Source of the DNA: a virus
Direction: 5' to 3' (one strand)
IMG/VR virus record: IMGVR_UViG_3300044632_001278
DNA length: 64,000 nucleotides
The notes beneath the pieces were generated by a model. It had not been told where the DNA came from. It was given only the letters and a program-made list of their open reading frames with translations, and did no database searches. The translations under genes and the position numbers were made by a program. Every line of letters starts with the position of its first letter. Within the stretch, counting starts at the first letter, position 1. Positions 38,247 through 46,872 of the stretch are shown in pieces.

Positions 38247-39257
38247 TTAATTTATTATGTTTTTAACTACGTGTTGTGCAATATACTCTGGGGATCCCAT
38301 TTCGTCAAATGTTTTTCGTTGGTTAGATATCATAAGTTCAGATATACTATTATAGTCATCTAATGCACCTTCAATTATTTGATTGATATCTGAAAAATCA
38401 CTGTTGCAATTAAAACACGATGAATCTTTATTATAGATATATGGACCAGTTTTAACATTTGGTATAGATGGCTTTATTATAACGGTACCTGTTAACAAAC
38501 ATTCAATTTCTCTGATGTTAACTTCACCATATCCAAATGGAGATATACAAAATTTACTATCCTCTAATACTTTGAAATATTCTTCTTTGTTTAACTTACC
38601 TGTTTTTTCAGTAGTAACCACTTTGCATTTAAGCTTATTTACCTCTTCAAAAAGTTTCAATCTTGATTGATTATAATATCCATCAGTACGTATTCCGTGT
38701 TCATAATTTTCTTTTGAAAGGCCTATTAATACAGCCACATCATATTTTTTATTTGGTTTAATTTGATTCCATTTAAAGCCAAATCCGTAGGTATTTAACC
38801 AATTGGTGCCACTGCTTACTAATTTGTCATTGAGTAAAGATAGATCTGATTTATCAAGTTTATAACCATTCACATCTTCTCCCCAAAACCATCTACCATT
38901 TGGATGGGGATTTAAATAACTTTCTTTGTTTTTGTGAATTACGTTCTTTGCTAATTTTATCCCAGGCAATTGTTTGAAAACGTCCCATACTCCCATTAAC
39001 GTAGAAGAATCTTGACCATCGAATAAGATATAAGGTTTATCAAGTTCACTAAGAAATTTGACACCATTTTCAACTGATTGATTCAATGGTAATTTTTTAT
39101 CTATTATTGAAGCTTGTCCTACAAAATAAATGTCAGCTTTACTATTGTCTTCTACAAACTCAACGCCATACTCACGAAATGCATTTGATGAATATATGTA
39201 CGGTCTAAATGTTGTTTCGTTACGGTGTTTATCTAATTCTAAGATTTTAATTTTCAT
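38247..39257 (-). CDS. Glycosyltransferase-like protein (exostosin/GT-B-type C-terminus)
   Basis: YFKVLEDSKFCISPFGYGE..IREIEC..GTVIIKP. Confidence 0.65.
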   Translation of the reverse strand: MKIKILELDKHRNETTFRPYIYSSNAFREYGVEFVEDNSKADIYFVGQASIIDKKLPLNQSVENGVKFLSELDKPYILFDGQDSSTLMGVWDVFKQLPGIKLAKNVIHKNKESYLNPHPNGRWFWGEDVNGYKLDKSDLSLLNDKLVSSGTNWLNTYGFGFKWNQIKPNKKYDVAVLIGLSKENYEHGIRTDGYYNQSRLKLFEEVNKLKCKVVTTEKTGKLNKEEYFKVLEDSKFCISPFGYGEVNIREIECLLTGTVIIKPSIPNVKTGPYIYNKDSSCFNCNSDFSDINQIIEGALDDYNSISELMISNQRKTFDEMGSPEYIAQHVVKNIIN

Positions 39258-39928
39258 TTCTTTTCAATTAATACTTGCCATCCCTTACTTAATAGATTTA
39301 TCTTGCTTTCATAACATTTTAAAAATGATTCTATGCCAAATCTACAATTGCCCCATCCATAGTCATCAAATAGTATTCTGCCTCCTGGTTTTAATAGATC
39401 AAAACACATTGCGGATTCGTACATTACATAGTCTGGATCGTGACAACCATCTAGGTATATGAAATCAAATATATTTTCAAATTGGTCATTTGTTACAAAT
39501 TTTGAATTTAATCTGTTACCCAACATCTTTTTAAAGAGGAGTTTTGAATCTATTTCATAAAATTCACATTTGTTGCCTTGAATATAGGGTTCTAGATTTT
39601 GATCTACATATAACGTTAATTCATCGCCAAAGTCAAATGGAAGATCTCCACGTTTGTAAGATCTTGTGTTCAAAATATCTATGGTTATGATTTTTGAAGT
39701 TTGGTGAGTTAAAATATTTTCCAACAACCAAACAGCAGATCTACCGTGACCTGTTCCAACCTCTAAAAACAAAAGATCAGATACATTTTCGTATTTACTC
39801 AAATAGGTAGACCAGTTTTGAATATTTAAAGTAAAATCATCTTTGGGTGAAAAGAAATGATCTGGGTATGTATAAATTTCGGATTTTGTAAAATCACCAT
39901 ACTTTTTTCTTAGTTCTCTGTTATTCAT
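39254..39928 (-). CDS. Class I SAM methyltransferase (Methyltransf_24-like)
   Basis: LEVGTGHGRS, FDFIYLDGCH, LKPGGRILFDDY; start at ATGA overlap 39928. Confidence 0.8.
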   Translation of the reverse strand: MNNRELRKKYGDFTKSEIYTYPDHFFSPKDDFTLNIQNWSTYLSKYENVSDLLFLEVGTGHGRSAVWLLENILTHQTSKIITIDILNTRSYKRGDLPFDFGDELTLYVDQNLEPYIQGNKCEFYEIDSKLLFKKMLGNRLNSKFVTNDQFENIFDFIYLDGCHDPDYVMYESAMCFDLLKPGGRILFDDYGWGNCRFGIESFLKCYESKINLLSKGWQVLIEKK

Positions 39929-40491
39929 TTTTGGATGCATATATAACCTTCGTAATCGTATAACGGTCTTGTGAATTTTTCTGTTGGACCATATCCAATA
40001 GGTTTAACTATTTCTATATAATCGTTGTTTATAAGATCGTCCATTGCTTTTCTTAACTCGGGAAATACACCTATATCATCATATATGAAATACTTCTTTA
40101 AATTATTAGTAGATCTGAATTTCAGGGATCTTACGGTATCATCTATAACAGCGAAATATGTATGTTGTGCATCTATAAAAAATACATCTCCATAATCTAG
40201 AGGCAAAGTGGTGTTATAAACATCTTGTGCATAATATCTGACATTTGGCCTATTTTTATTAAACTCTCTCGCCATATCAACATTATCATAGTTAAAACCC
40301 ACTACTTCTTTAAACAGATAACTTAATATTCTAGTTGAGTGACCTCTATTACTTCCTATTTCTAAACAAACACTTTCTTTGAATTCTGGTTTATCAAAAA
40401 ATTCAAATACATCACGTTTAAATTTATGACTAGTGGTAGTACTATGTTCAAATTTATCTGGTATGTCTTTTAATAATTCATCTATTGTCAT
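39925..40491 (-). CDS. Class I SAM methyltransferase
   Basis: LEIGSNRGHST, FFIDAQH, IYDD. Confidence 0.75.
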   Translation of the reverse strand: MTIDELLKDIPDKFEHSTTTSHKFKRDVFEFFDKPEFKESVCLEIGSNRGHSTRILSYLFKEVVGFNYDNVDMAREFNKNRPNVRYYAQDVYNTTLPLDYGDVFFIDAQHTYFAVIDDTVRSLKFRSTNNLKKYFIYDDIGVFPELRKAMDDLINNDYIEIVKPIGYGPTEKFTRPLYDYEGYICIQK

Positions 40492-40492
40492 A

Positions 40493-41140
40493 TTATTTTA
40501 CAGCGTATCCTTTGTTTTCACTAAGGCTGAAATTTTTGTTGTATTTCATATTTGTTTCACGTTGTTTCTCAATCGTTTTATTGTGAATTAACGCAATATC
40601 TTTTTGAGGAGGAATAAAAGCATAAGACTTATAACCTTCAACCTTTTCGTGTAATCTTCGTTCGTATCTAATATGAGGAAGATTTTTATAAAGACGGGAT
40701 TGGTAATCTGGAAAGTTAATCATACCATCGTGATAATTCCAACCCCACATTTCAATGTCTTGTTGTGTTACCCCAACAAAATAATTAAGTCGGGGTAACC
40801 ACAATGTTTCGTTATTTGAATTTGATTGTAATAATTCGTCTATGTTTTCAAGTAGAACATCAGTTGGCAATTCATCCGCATCAATTTGAAATATCCAATC
40901 ACCTTTACACAGACTAATGCCATAATTTTTATGAGCACCATAATCATTTTCCAATTTCTTTTGTTGAAAATTAACAAATGATTTGTGTTTCTCAATTATA
41001 GAAATTGTATTGGGATTGTCCGAGTAATCATCTAACAATACAATTTCGTGGTTGTTCTTTTTATAACTGATCAATTTAGATAACAATGTATCCAAACAAT
41101 CAGTTTCATTATGTGCGGTGACTAGATATGATAAAAACAT
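40493..41140 (-). CDS. Glycosyltransferase family 2
   Basis: LLDDYS, WIFQIDADE, PDYQSR, LHE. Confidence 0.85.
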   Translation of the reverse strand: MFLSYLVTAHNETDCLDTLLSKLISYKKNNHEIVLLDDYSDNPNTISIIEKHKSFVNFQQKKLENDYGAHKNYGISLCKGDWIFQIDADELPTDVLLENIDELLQSNSNNETLWLPRLNYFVGVTQQDIEMWGWNYHDGMINFPDYQSRLYKNLPHIRYERRLHEKVEGYKSYAFIPPQKDIALIHNKTIEKQRETNMKYNKNFSLSENKGYAVK

Positions 41141-41141
41141 A

Positions 41142-42482
41142 TTACAACATTTTTAGTTTTGGTAGAACAATCTTTGGTTCTTCTTTGTTTTCTGTATTAA
41201 TTGCTTTTAACTTGGGTAATACAAATGTATTTTCTGTTGCAAATTGTGGAACATACTTATCAAGAATTGCCCACAACTTTTGATCCATTGCTTGTACACT
41301 AAACTTTTGTTCATTTTCCACACGCAATAATTCAGCTGGTTTAGTAAACTTATCACTCTTACGAGCAAAATACAATTGTTTAAATTTGTCTTCTGCCAAT
41401 GAATAAGAAACTTTGAACCACTTGCTTTCTTTTAGAATCCATTGATTAACGGACTTTGGATCTACATCTACCAATGTTCCTGGCAACAAATTGGCATATC
41501 TTTCATTTAAATAGTCTAACTGACCACTCCAATTTGGAGCCAATAAAGGTTTTCCACTGAGTGTAGCTAGTAACATTGGATGTCCGAATCCTTCGCCGTG
41601 TGTAAATGATACGTGTGCCAAGATCTTTTCGTGATTCAACAACGCATTCATTTCAACATCATTCAATTCACCGTGTAGCAGATATACATTAGGACAAGCA
41701 TCACCAAATGAGTTTTTAACTCTTTTGATCTTATCCAACATATCAAATCGATCAACTGTACTATACCCACTGCCGCTTGTTTTTACAATTAAACAAGGTC
41801 TATCGTTTGGATTGTTGTTTTTAAATGCGGTGCAAAATGTTTTGATCAAATTGCCAATATCTTTTCGATCATTGTATAATCCACCGTGAGTCCATTGACC
41901 TACGAATAAAAATGCACTCTTTTCTGGAATTTTACTCAAGGATTCGTCTACTGTCTCAACAGATTGATCTGTCTTTTTATAGACATTCGTATCTGCACCC
42001 CAGAAACAAACTTCGATTGGTTTATTTACTTGAATTGGTTCTTTCTGACCATTTTCGTGTTGTTTAACCATTTTGGTATCAAGAAACACTTTCTTAACGT
42101 GTTCAGAAAGACCAATTGTAAGATTCATTTTATTGATACCTTCGATCCAACTGCCAGGTGAGATAGTTGTTTCGATGCCTGCTGTCATACCAATATTGTA
42201 CTTTCCAACTGGGTGAAACTCTTCTGGGATAGTTAATTGGATAAATAGTTCTGGTTGCTTATTTAAGTTTCCTTGCAAAATGCAACCAGCTACTAATCTA
42301 TCTTCTGGATCGGTTAAGTCTTCCAAGAATCTTTTACTTGGACAAGCTCCCCATCTTGTGGGTGCAATTTTGACATCATATTTATTCTGACGGATTAAGC
42401 TCTTGGCTACGGCCGTAGCCCAATCGCCATATCCACTTCGATTAAATACTGGACCTGAAATTAAACATAATGGTTTACTCAT
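41142..42482 (-). CDS. Glycosyltransferase family 4-like
   Basis: RSGYG, TAGIET, FLFVGQW, RKDI, HGEGFGHPMLLA; likely start 42482. Confidence 0.8.
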   Translation of the reverse strand: MSKPLCLISGPVFNRSGYGDWATAVAKSLIRQNKYDVKIAPTRWGACPSKRFLEDLTDPEDRLVAGCILQGNLNKQPELFIQLTIPEEFHPVGKYNIGMTAGIETTISPGSWIEGINKMNLTIGLSEHVKKVFLDTKMVKQHENGQKEPIQVNKPIEVCFWGADTNVYKKTDQSVETVDESLSKIPEKSAFLFVGQWTHGGLYNDRKDIGNLIKTFCTAFKNNNPNDRPCLIVKTSGSGYSTVDRFDMLDKIKRVKNSFGDACPNVYLLHGELNDVEMNALLNHEKILAHVSFTHGEGFGHPMLLATLSGKPLLAPNWSGQLDYLNERYANLLPGTLVDVDPKSVNQWILKESKWFKVSYSLAEDKFKQLYFARKSDKFTKPAELLRVENEQKFSVQAMDQKLWAILDKYVPQFATENTFVLPKLKAINTENKEEPKIVLPKLKML

Positions 42483-42483
42483 A

Positions 42484-43176
42484 TTATTTTTGATTAAATT
42501 GATTGTTGTCTCTTTCTGCAATTAACTGACTATATTTTTTGGGTGTTTCTGATTTGTTTGAGTTAGCGTATAACTCTTCGATTGTGGTTGATTTTTTAGA
42601 TTCGGTCATCACGTTATCTTTTTTTTTAACATCGGTACTACCGAATCCGCCGTCACCTCTATTGGTAGAATCCAATTCATCTACTAAAACAAACTCAACA
42701 TTTTCTACCTTGGTTACTTTTAGTTGACAAACTTTATCACCCTTATTATAAAGTTTAGTAAAGTTAACATATCCTTCCAATAGGTTATCAGTTCTAATCT
42801 TATAGTCTTCTGGTTGCCAGATATACTTGAAACGAAGTAATACTTCACCACGATAATCTGCGTCAATCAATCCAATACAGTTGGCTAATACCAGATTGTA
42901 CTTACTGACACTACTGCGAGGAAATGCTAGAATGTCATAGTCCAAATCGTTATAACCAAAGTTACTGAACTGACGATCTTTTTGAACTGCCAACTTAAGA
43001 TTGGTTTTGTATTGAATGTAGTCAATTCGTTTGTATGCACCATTCTCATACTGATCACCAACGATTTCTGGATCGCTCGTAACAACTACATCAAAACCAG
43101 TAGCTCTATCAGTGCCTTTCTTGGGTAGATTGTCAGTAGACTGATATGTCTCGTTCTTTAATACTTGAATCGTCAT
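42484..43176 (-). CDS. dut: Trimeric dUTPase
   Basis: ATGFD, PRSSVSK, GLIDADYRGE, GDKVCQL, RGDGGFGST. Confidence 0.92.
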   Translation of the reverse strand: MTIQVLKNETYQSTDNLPKKGTDRATGFDVVVTSDPEIVGDQYENGAYKRIDYIQYKTNLKLAVQKDRQFSNFGYNDLDYDILAFPRSSVSKYNLVLANCIGLIDADYRGEVLLRFKYIWQPEDYKIRTDNLLEGYVNFTKLYNKGDKVCQLKVTKVENVEFVLVDELDSTNRGDGGFGSTDVKKKDNVMTESKKSTTIEELYANSNKSETPKKYSQLIAERDNNQFNQK

Positions 43177-44144
43177 AGGGATGAAACTTCTTTTTTGATC
43201 TTATCAACATCGATCTTGTGTAAATCGATACCCATTTTTCCGTTGGGTTGACTCTTAATATCATACCCATACTCGGTGAAAATATCAAACTTTTTAATTG
43301 GTTTAAAGTTCTCTAATGTAAAGTCCATAGCTTTAATGAACTGATCACACATATTCTTACTATTAATACCACCTTCATTCATTGCCCATAGTCTTCCTTC
43401 AAGACCACATTCTTCACGCTTTTCTGGACCAGCTAGATACCAATACATAATTGCATCCGCAATATCTGAATAATTTGTTAAATCATCCAAGATATATGGG
43501 GTAGGAGGACTACCTTGCATATTTTGTACCTTTGGCCAAACTGGTTTAGCCCACTTACCGTGCTTTGTATATTTACCAGAAGCATTGGTACCAAATTCCA
43601 AATTGAATTCAATTGAATTGCCATTATCATCTACAATTCCCAATTGGTCTTGTAGACCTCCTGTTACTGTTGCAATAACCGGAGTACCACACATAATAGC
43701 TTCAGCCACACTTAGACCAAATCCTTCGTTTGAACTTACATTGGCTAGTACATCTGCTAGATTATAAAATCCAGTCATTTCTTCAGGCGACCAACGTGAT
43801 TCATTGAGAACAACTTTATACTCTGGACAAATAGATGTAATTGTAGCTACTAGATCTGTGCCAGCTTCACATACTTTATCAGTATGCATTACCAATGCAC
43901 ATTTACTGGCTTCTTCTTTTGTTAGAGAGTCGCAAAACGTTCTGAATGCCAGAATAAGATTTGCTGGATGTTTACGATGAGCATTTCTACTATTAAATGC
44001 TACGATGAAATTGTATTCGCCATCACCCAATAGTTCTTTTTTAATCTTTTGAACCAAAGGATTGTTCTTTTCCAATACTCTAAATTCATTGCTGTTGATG
44101 CCGTGTGGTACCAAGTGCAATAGATGTTTTCCGTTTACTGGCAT
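43173..44144 (-). CDS. GT4 glycosyltransferase, C-terminal part
   Basis: VPHGIN, SRNAHRK, SNEGFGLSVAEAIMCGTP, TGGLQDQ; own SD AAGGAG. Confidence 0.8.
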   Translation of the reverse strand: MPVNGKHLLHLVPHGINSNEFRVLEKNNPLVQKIKKELLGDGEYNFIVAFNSRNAHRKHPANLILAFRTFCDSLTKEEASKCALVMHTDKVCEAGTDLVATITSICPEYKVVLNESRWSPEEMTGFYNLADVLANVSSNEGFGLSVAEAIMCGTPVIATVTGGLQDQLGIVDDNGNSIEFNLEFGTNASGKYTKHGKWAKPVWPKVQNMQGSPPTPYILDDLTNYSDIADAIMYWYLAGPEKREECGLEGRLWAMNEGGINSKNMCDQFIKAMDFTLENFKPIKKFDIFTEYGYDIKSQPNGKMGIDLHKIDVDKIKKEVSSL

Positions 44145-44145
44145 A

Positions 44146-44700
44146 TTATAGGTTCTCCTTCTTTACAATGTTTCCGTTGCTGTCAAAATCACCAAAGATA
44201 CTGGTACAATTTTCTGGTCCAAGTACCCATTTATTGATATTATCTGTTTGTTTGCTGATTGCAAATAATGCATCACAACACTTATAGAATGGCTTGTTCC
44301 ACATTGGATATGGTAGATCATCCCAAATGTCGAGATATGTTAGAGGAATTCTGGCACGAATTTGATTTTCAATATTATATAACCATCCCCAAAAACGTGG
44401 ATCTGTGAAATGCATAATAGCATCTGGTTTTTCCAGCGACATAATCTGGAATAAAATTTCCTCGTCTCCATAACCATCAACCGGATACAGTCTAAGATAG
44501 TTATCGTTACGACCATTTAACTTATCCACCGCTTCCTTCATATCTACAATTTTACCTTGTTCTGGATGTTTTATAGCCCCAGCGATTTGTACCCAATCAT
44601 AATGATGTACAGTACCCAAAACCAGTTCTCTTGACATTGTTGCGATTCCACTATGCATTCTTAGATCGTCGCTTAATAATAATATCTTTTTCTTTTTCAT
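44146..44700 (-). CDS. GT4 glycosyltransferase, N-terminal part
   Basis: ILLLSDDLRMHSGIA, EKPDAI, IWDD, CDALFAISKQT. Confidence 0.75.
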   Translation of the reverse strand: MKKKKILLLSDDLRMHSGIATMSRELVLGTVHHYDWVQIAGAIKHPEQGKIVDMKEAVDKLNGRNDNYLRLYPVDGYGDEEILFQIMSLEKPDAIMHFTDPRFWGWLYNIENQIRARIPLTYLDIWDDLPYPMWNKPFYKCCDALFAISKQTDNINKWVLGPENCTSIFGDFDSNGNIVKKENL

Positions 44701-44915
44701 TTAGATTCCTTTGTAGATAATTGAAATGGTTGGTTGTAACTAAGTTTTTGACAAACACTCTCACTTATTTCGGTTTGAAAAGCATCATCTGTCAAGTATC
44801 TTTCCAGACATTTGTTTACAAAATCTTGGAATGATATTTTTCCACGAATATTAAGTTCTTTAAACTGAGTGTATAACTCTTGATTAAGTTTTACTGTAGT
44901 AACAATTTGTTCCAT
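44697..44915 (-). CDS. Ribbon-helix-helix-like DNA-binding protein
   Basis: Strand VTTVKL, helix QELYTQFKEL, helix SFQDFVNKCLERYL. Confidence 0.6.
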   Translation of the reverse strand: MEQIVTTVKLNQELYTQFKELNIRGKISFQDFVNKCLERYLTDDAFQTEISESVCQKLSYNQPFQLSTKESK

Positions 44916-44916
44916 A

Positions 44917-44948
44917 ACATATGTGTATATGTATATATGTACATATGT
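44917..44948. promoter_or_regulatory. Four tandem 8-bp boxes, candidate operator
   Basis: ACATATGT GTATATGT ATATATGT ACATATGT directly upstream of the RHH-like gene. Confidence 0.6.
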
Positions 44949-44958
44949 TTACTATTAA

Positions 44959-45849
44959 TTATAATTTACTTGCTTTTCCATCACAGTTTGTTTTGTGATG
45001 AATGCAATATTTGCAATTTTTCTTGGCTTTGCCTGGGACTTTTATATATTCGTTTACTTCGTTATAATTTCCCTCTTGGGTAAATCCATAATCAAGAAAC
45101 TCAACAAATGATTTAATCGACTCTTTGATGATAGTTGGACCCGCAGATGGTTTAAATACCTGAATTCTGCTTTGTGGAAAACTAGCATTTTCATATAGTT
45201 TTCTTTTAACAATGAAAAATTCTACTTCAATGTTATTTAGAGGAACATTAAACTTTTTGCTATAAACACTTTTGTACAGATGTAATTGCGCAAGTTTGCT
45301 TACATCTTCTTTCATATAACTGTTCCATCCATTGCTGGATGTCTTGAAATCAATAATACGATAGTACTCTTTGTCTCTTTCTTTTAGAACAATATCAATA
45401 AACCCAACGAATTCTACGTTATTCTTAATTGGAATTTCCAAGGGAATTTCAATACCTACCAGTTCATAGTCTTTGGTTGGAAAATACTTTAATCTATTAG
45501 CGGATTTACAGAAAGTATCAATGATATCATTGCCGTCGAAAATAAAGTCGGTAAATTCTTCTTCTTTTACATCTTTTACTTTTTTAATCTCTTCATTGAA
45601 CTTATCAAGAAACAACTTCTTTACATCTAAAGAATCAGCAATACCCACTCCTTCTTTATAGAGAGAAGTAAGATATGTTTGAAACGCATGATGAATTGCT
45701 GTTCCGAATGTGGTATTAATGTTATCATCTTTAACTCTTAGATTTTTAACATAATCCAAATACCATTTATGTGGACATTTCAAAAATGTAGAATATTGGC
45801 TAAAGCTGACTCGTTTCTTTTTTATTTCTTTAAGTTCCTCAGTTGACAT
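44959..45849 (-). CDS. Cas4/RecB-like PD-(D/E)XK nuclease with probable Fe-S Cys set
   Basis: SFSQY...CPHKW, FGTAIH, GFIDIV, IIDFKTS, QLHLY, CKYC......C. Confidence 0.85.
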   Translation of the reverse strand: MSTEELKEIKKKRVSFSQYSTFLKCPHKWYLDYVKNLRVKDDNINTTFGTAIHHAFQTYLTSLYKEGVGIADSLDVKKLFLDKFNEEIKKVKDVKEEEFTDFIFDGNDIIDTFCKSANRLKYFPTKDYELVGIEIPLEIPIKNNVEFVGFIDIVLKERDKEYYRIIDFKTSSNGWNSYMKEDVSKLAQLHLYKSVYSKKFNVPLNNIEVEFFIVKRKLYENASFPQSRIQVFKPSAGPTIIKESIKSFVEFLDYGFTQEGNYNEVNEYIKVPGKAKKNCKYCIHHKTNCDGKASKL

Positions 45850-45855
45850 TCTATC

Positions 45856-45883
45856 ATCTTAATGTATAATTAATTAAAGTCAA
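45856..45883 (-). promoter_or_regulatory. Early promoter for the minus-strand block
   Basis: TTGACT-N16-TAAGAT on the minus strand. Confidence 0.55.
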
Positions 45884-45906
45884 CTTATAAAAACTATATA
45901 TTGTAT

Positions 45907-46641
45907 ATGAACAAAATATTATTAACCCTATTAATGTCGGTCAATCTTGTCGCAAATGATCTATATCTTTACGATACACACGAACAAATTGAAATAACCG
46001 AGGTTATTAACAATAAACTTAGTGTATTAAACGTCCAAATTGGTAATACCTTTACACTTACAAACAGTTTGAATGTAAACACCCAAACCAATAGCACTGC
46101 TACATATGTGTTGCCATATAGAATTGCTATACATCAACGAGAAAACACCAGTACCTATTTTAATCAAACATCAACTGAATACAACAATGACTTTAAGTTA
46201 CCATCTGTTATTGCAATAAAAGACTCTTTGTTTAACTTCACTAGTAACGGAGAGTTATACTGTGTAAGTGAAAGTGGTCCTACCAACACAATTTTAACTT
46301 CATTGTGTTCAATTGTATTTAATAAAACAAGTTTCTTCTTAAAATCAAGCGATAAGTATACTCAGTTGTATGTTGTTGGTGGTAACATTACAGTATTGGA
46401 TAACAAATCCAAGAAAAAGAAAGATTTAAAAGAAGGAGATTATTTGGTAGTAACCCCACAAGTTATACTAAATCCAAGAGAAGCTACTGTTACCAAATTG
46501 GGAAATAGCTTTAGTATAAAAGAAGTGGAAGATGAAGAAAAAGAAGCTCATACCAAATCTATTCAATCTTTGAAATCCAAGTTGGATAACACACTATTTG
46601 CAAATTACGGTCAAAATATTTTTGGTTTTAAATTAAAATGA
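45907..46641 (+). CDS. Secreted FecR-like beta protein
   Basis: Signal peptide MNKILLTLLMSVNLVA; GELYCV...TSFFL...TQLYVVGGNITV resembles FecR. Confidence 0.5.
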   Translation: MNKILLTLLMSVNLVANDLYLYDTHEQIEITEVINNKLSVLNVQIGNTFTLTNSLNVNTQTNSTATYVLPYRIAIHQRENTSTYFNQTSTEYNNDFKLPSVIAIKDSLFNFTSNGELYCVSESGPTNTILTSLCSIVFNKTSFFLKSSDKYTQLYVVGGNITVLDNKSKKKKDLKEGDYLVVTPQVILNPREATVTKLGNSFSIKEVEDEEKEAHTKSIQSLKSKLDNTLFANYGQNIFGFKLK

Positions 46642-46865
46642 AATTAGATCACTTAGATTCTTTAACAGAAGACGAATTGGCAATGCTATGGTTTTGCGTT
46701 AATAAAGTAAACCCATCAGTATTATCAGGTATAGAATTGGAACCATCGTTGTTTGTTGCTATTAAACACAAAAAATTGATGGACCGATTACTACAATGTG
46801 CACAGTATGTAAAAGAAGAACATCATTCGGTTTTTACTGGACTTGTGAATAAGTTGAAGGTATAG
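46638..46865 (+). CDS. Hypothetical protein
   Basis: 75-aa ORF with ATGA overlap. Confidence 0.6.
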   Translation: MKLDHLDSLTEDELAMLWFCVNKVNPSVLSGIELEPSLFVAIKHKKLMDRLLQCAQYVKEEHHSVFTGLVNKLKV

Positions 46866-46872
46866 TAGTGGT

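Noticed and set aside
4595-42521. ORF-track starts at 4595, 11625, 14049, 18299, 22465, 39940 and 42521
   Set aside because: They overlap terminators, promoters or upstream genes; downstream ATGs fit SD or stop-start junctions better.
44959-45849. CRISPR-Cas locus (Cas4-like gene)
   Set aside because: No repeat-spacer array or other cas genes were seen; solo Cas4-like nucleases are common in phages.
23135-45849. Bacterial O-antigen/capsule locus (host contamination)
   Set aside because: No wzx/wzy/wzm-wzt recognised; the block includes dUTPase and a Cas4-like gene and shares promoter and junction style with the phage genes.
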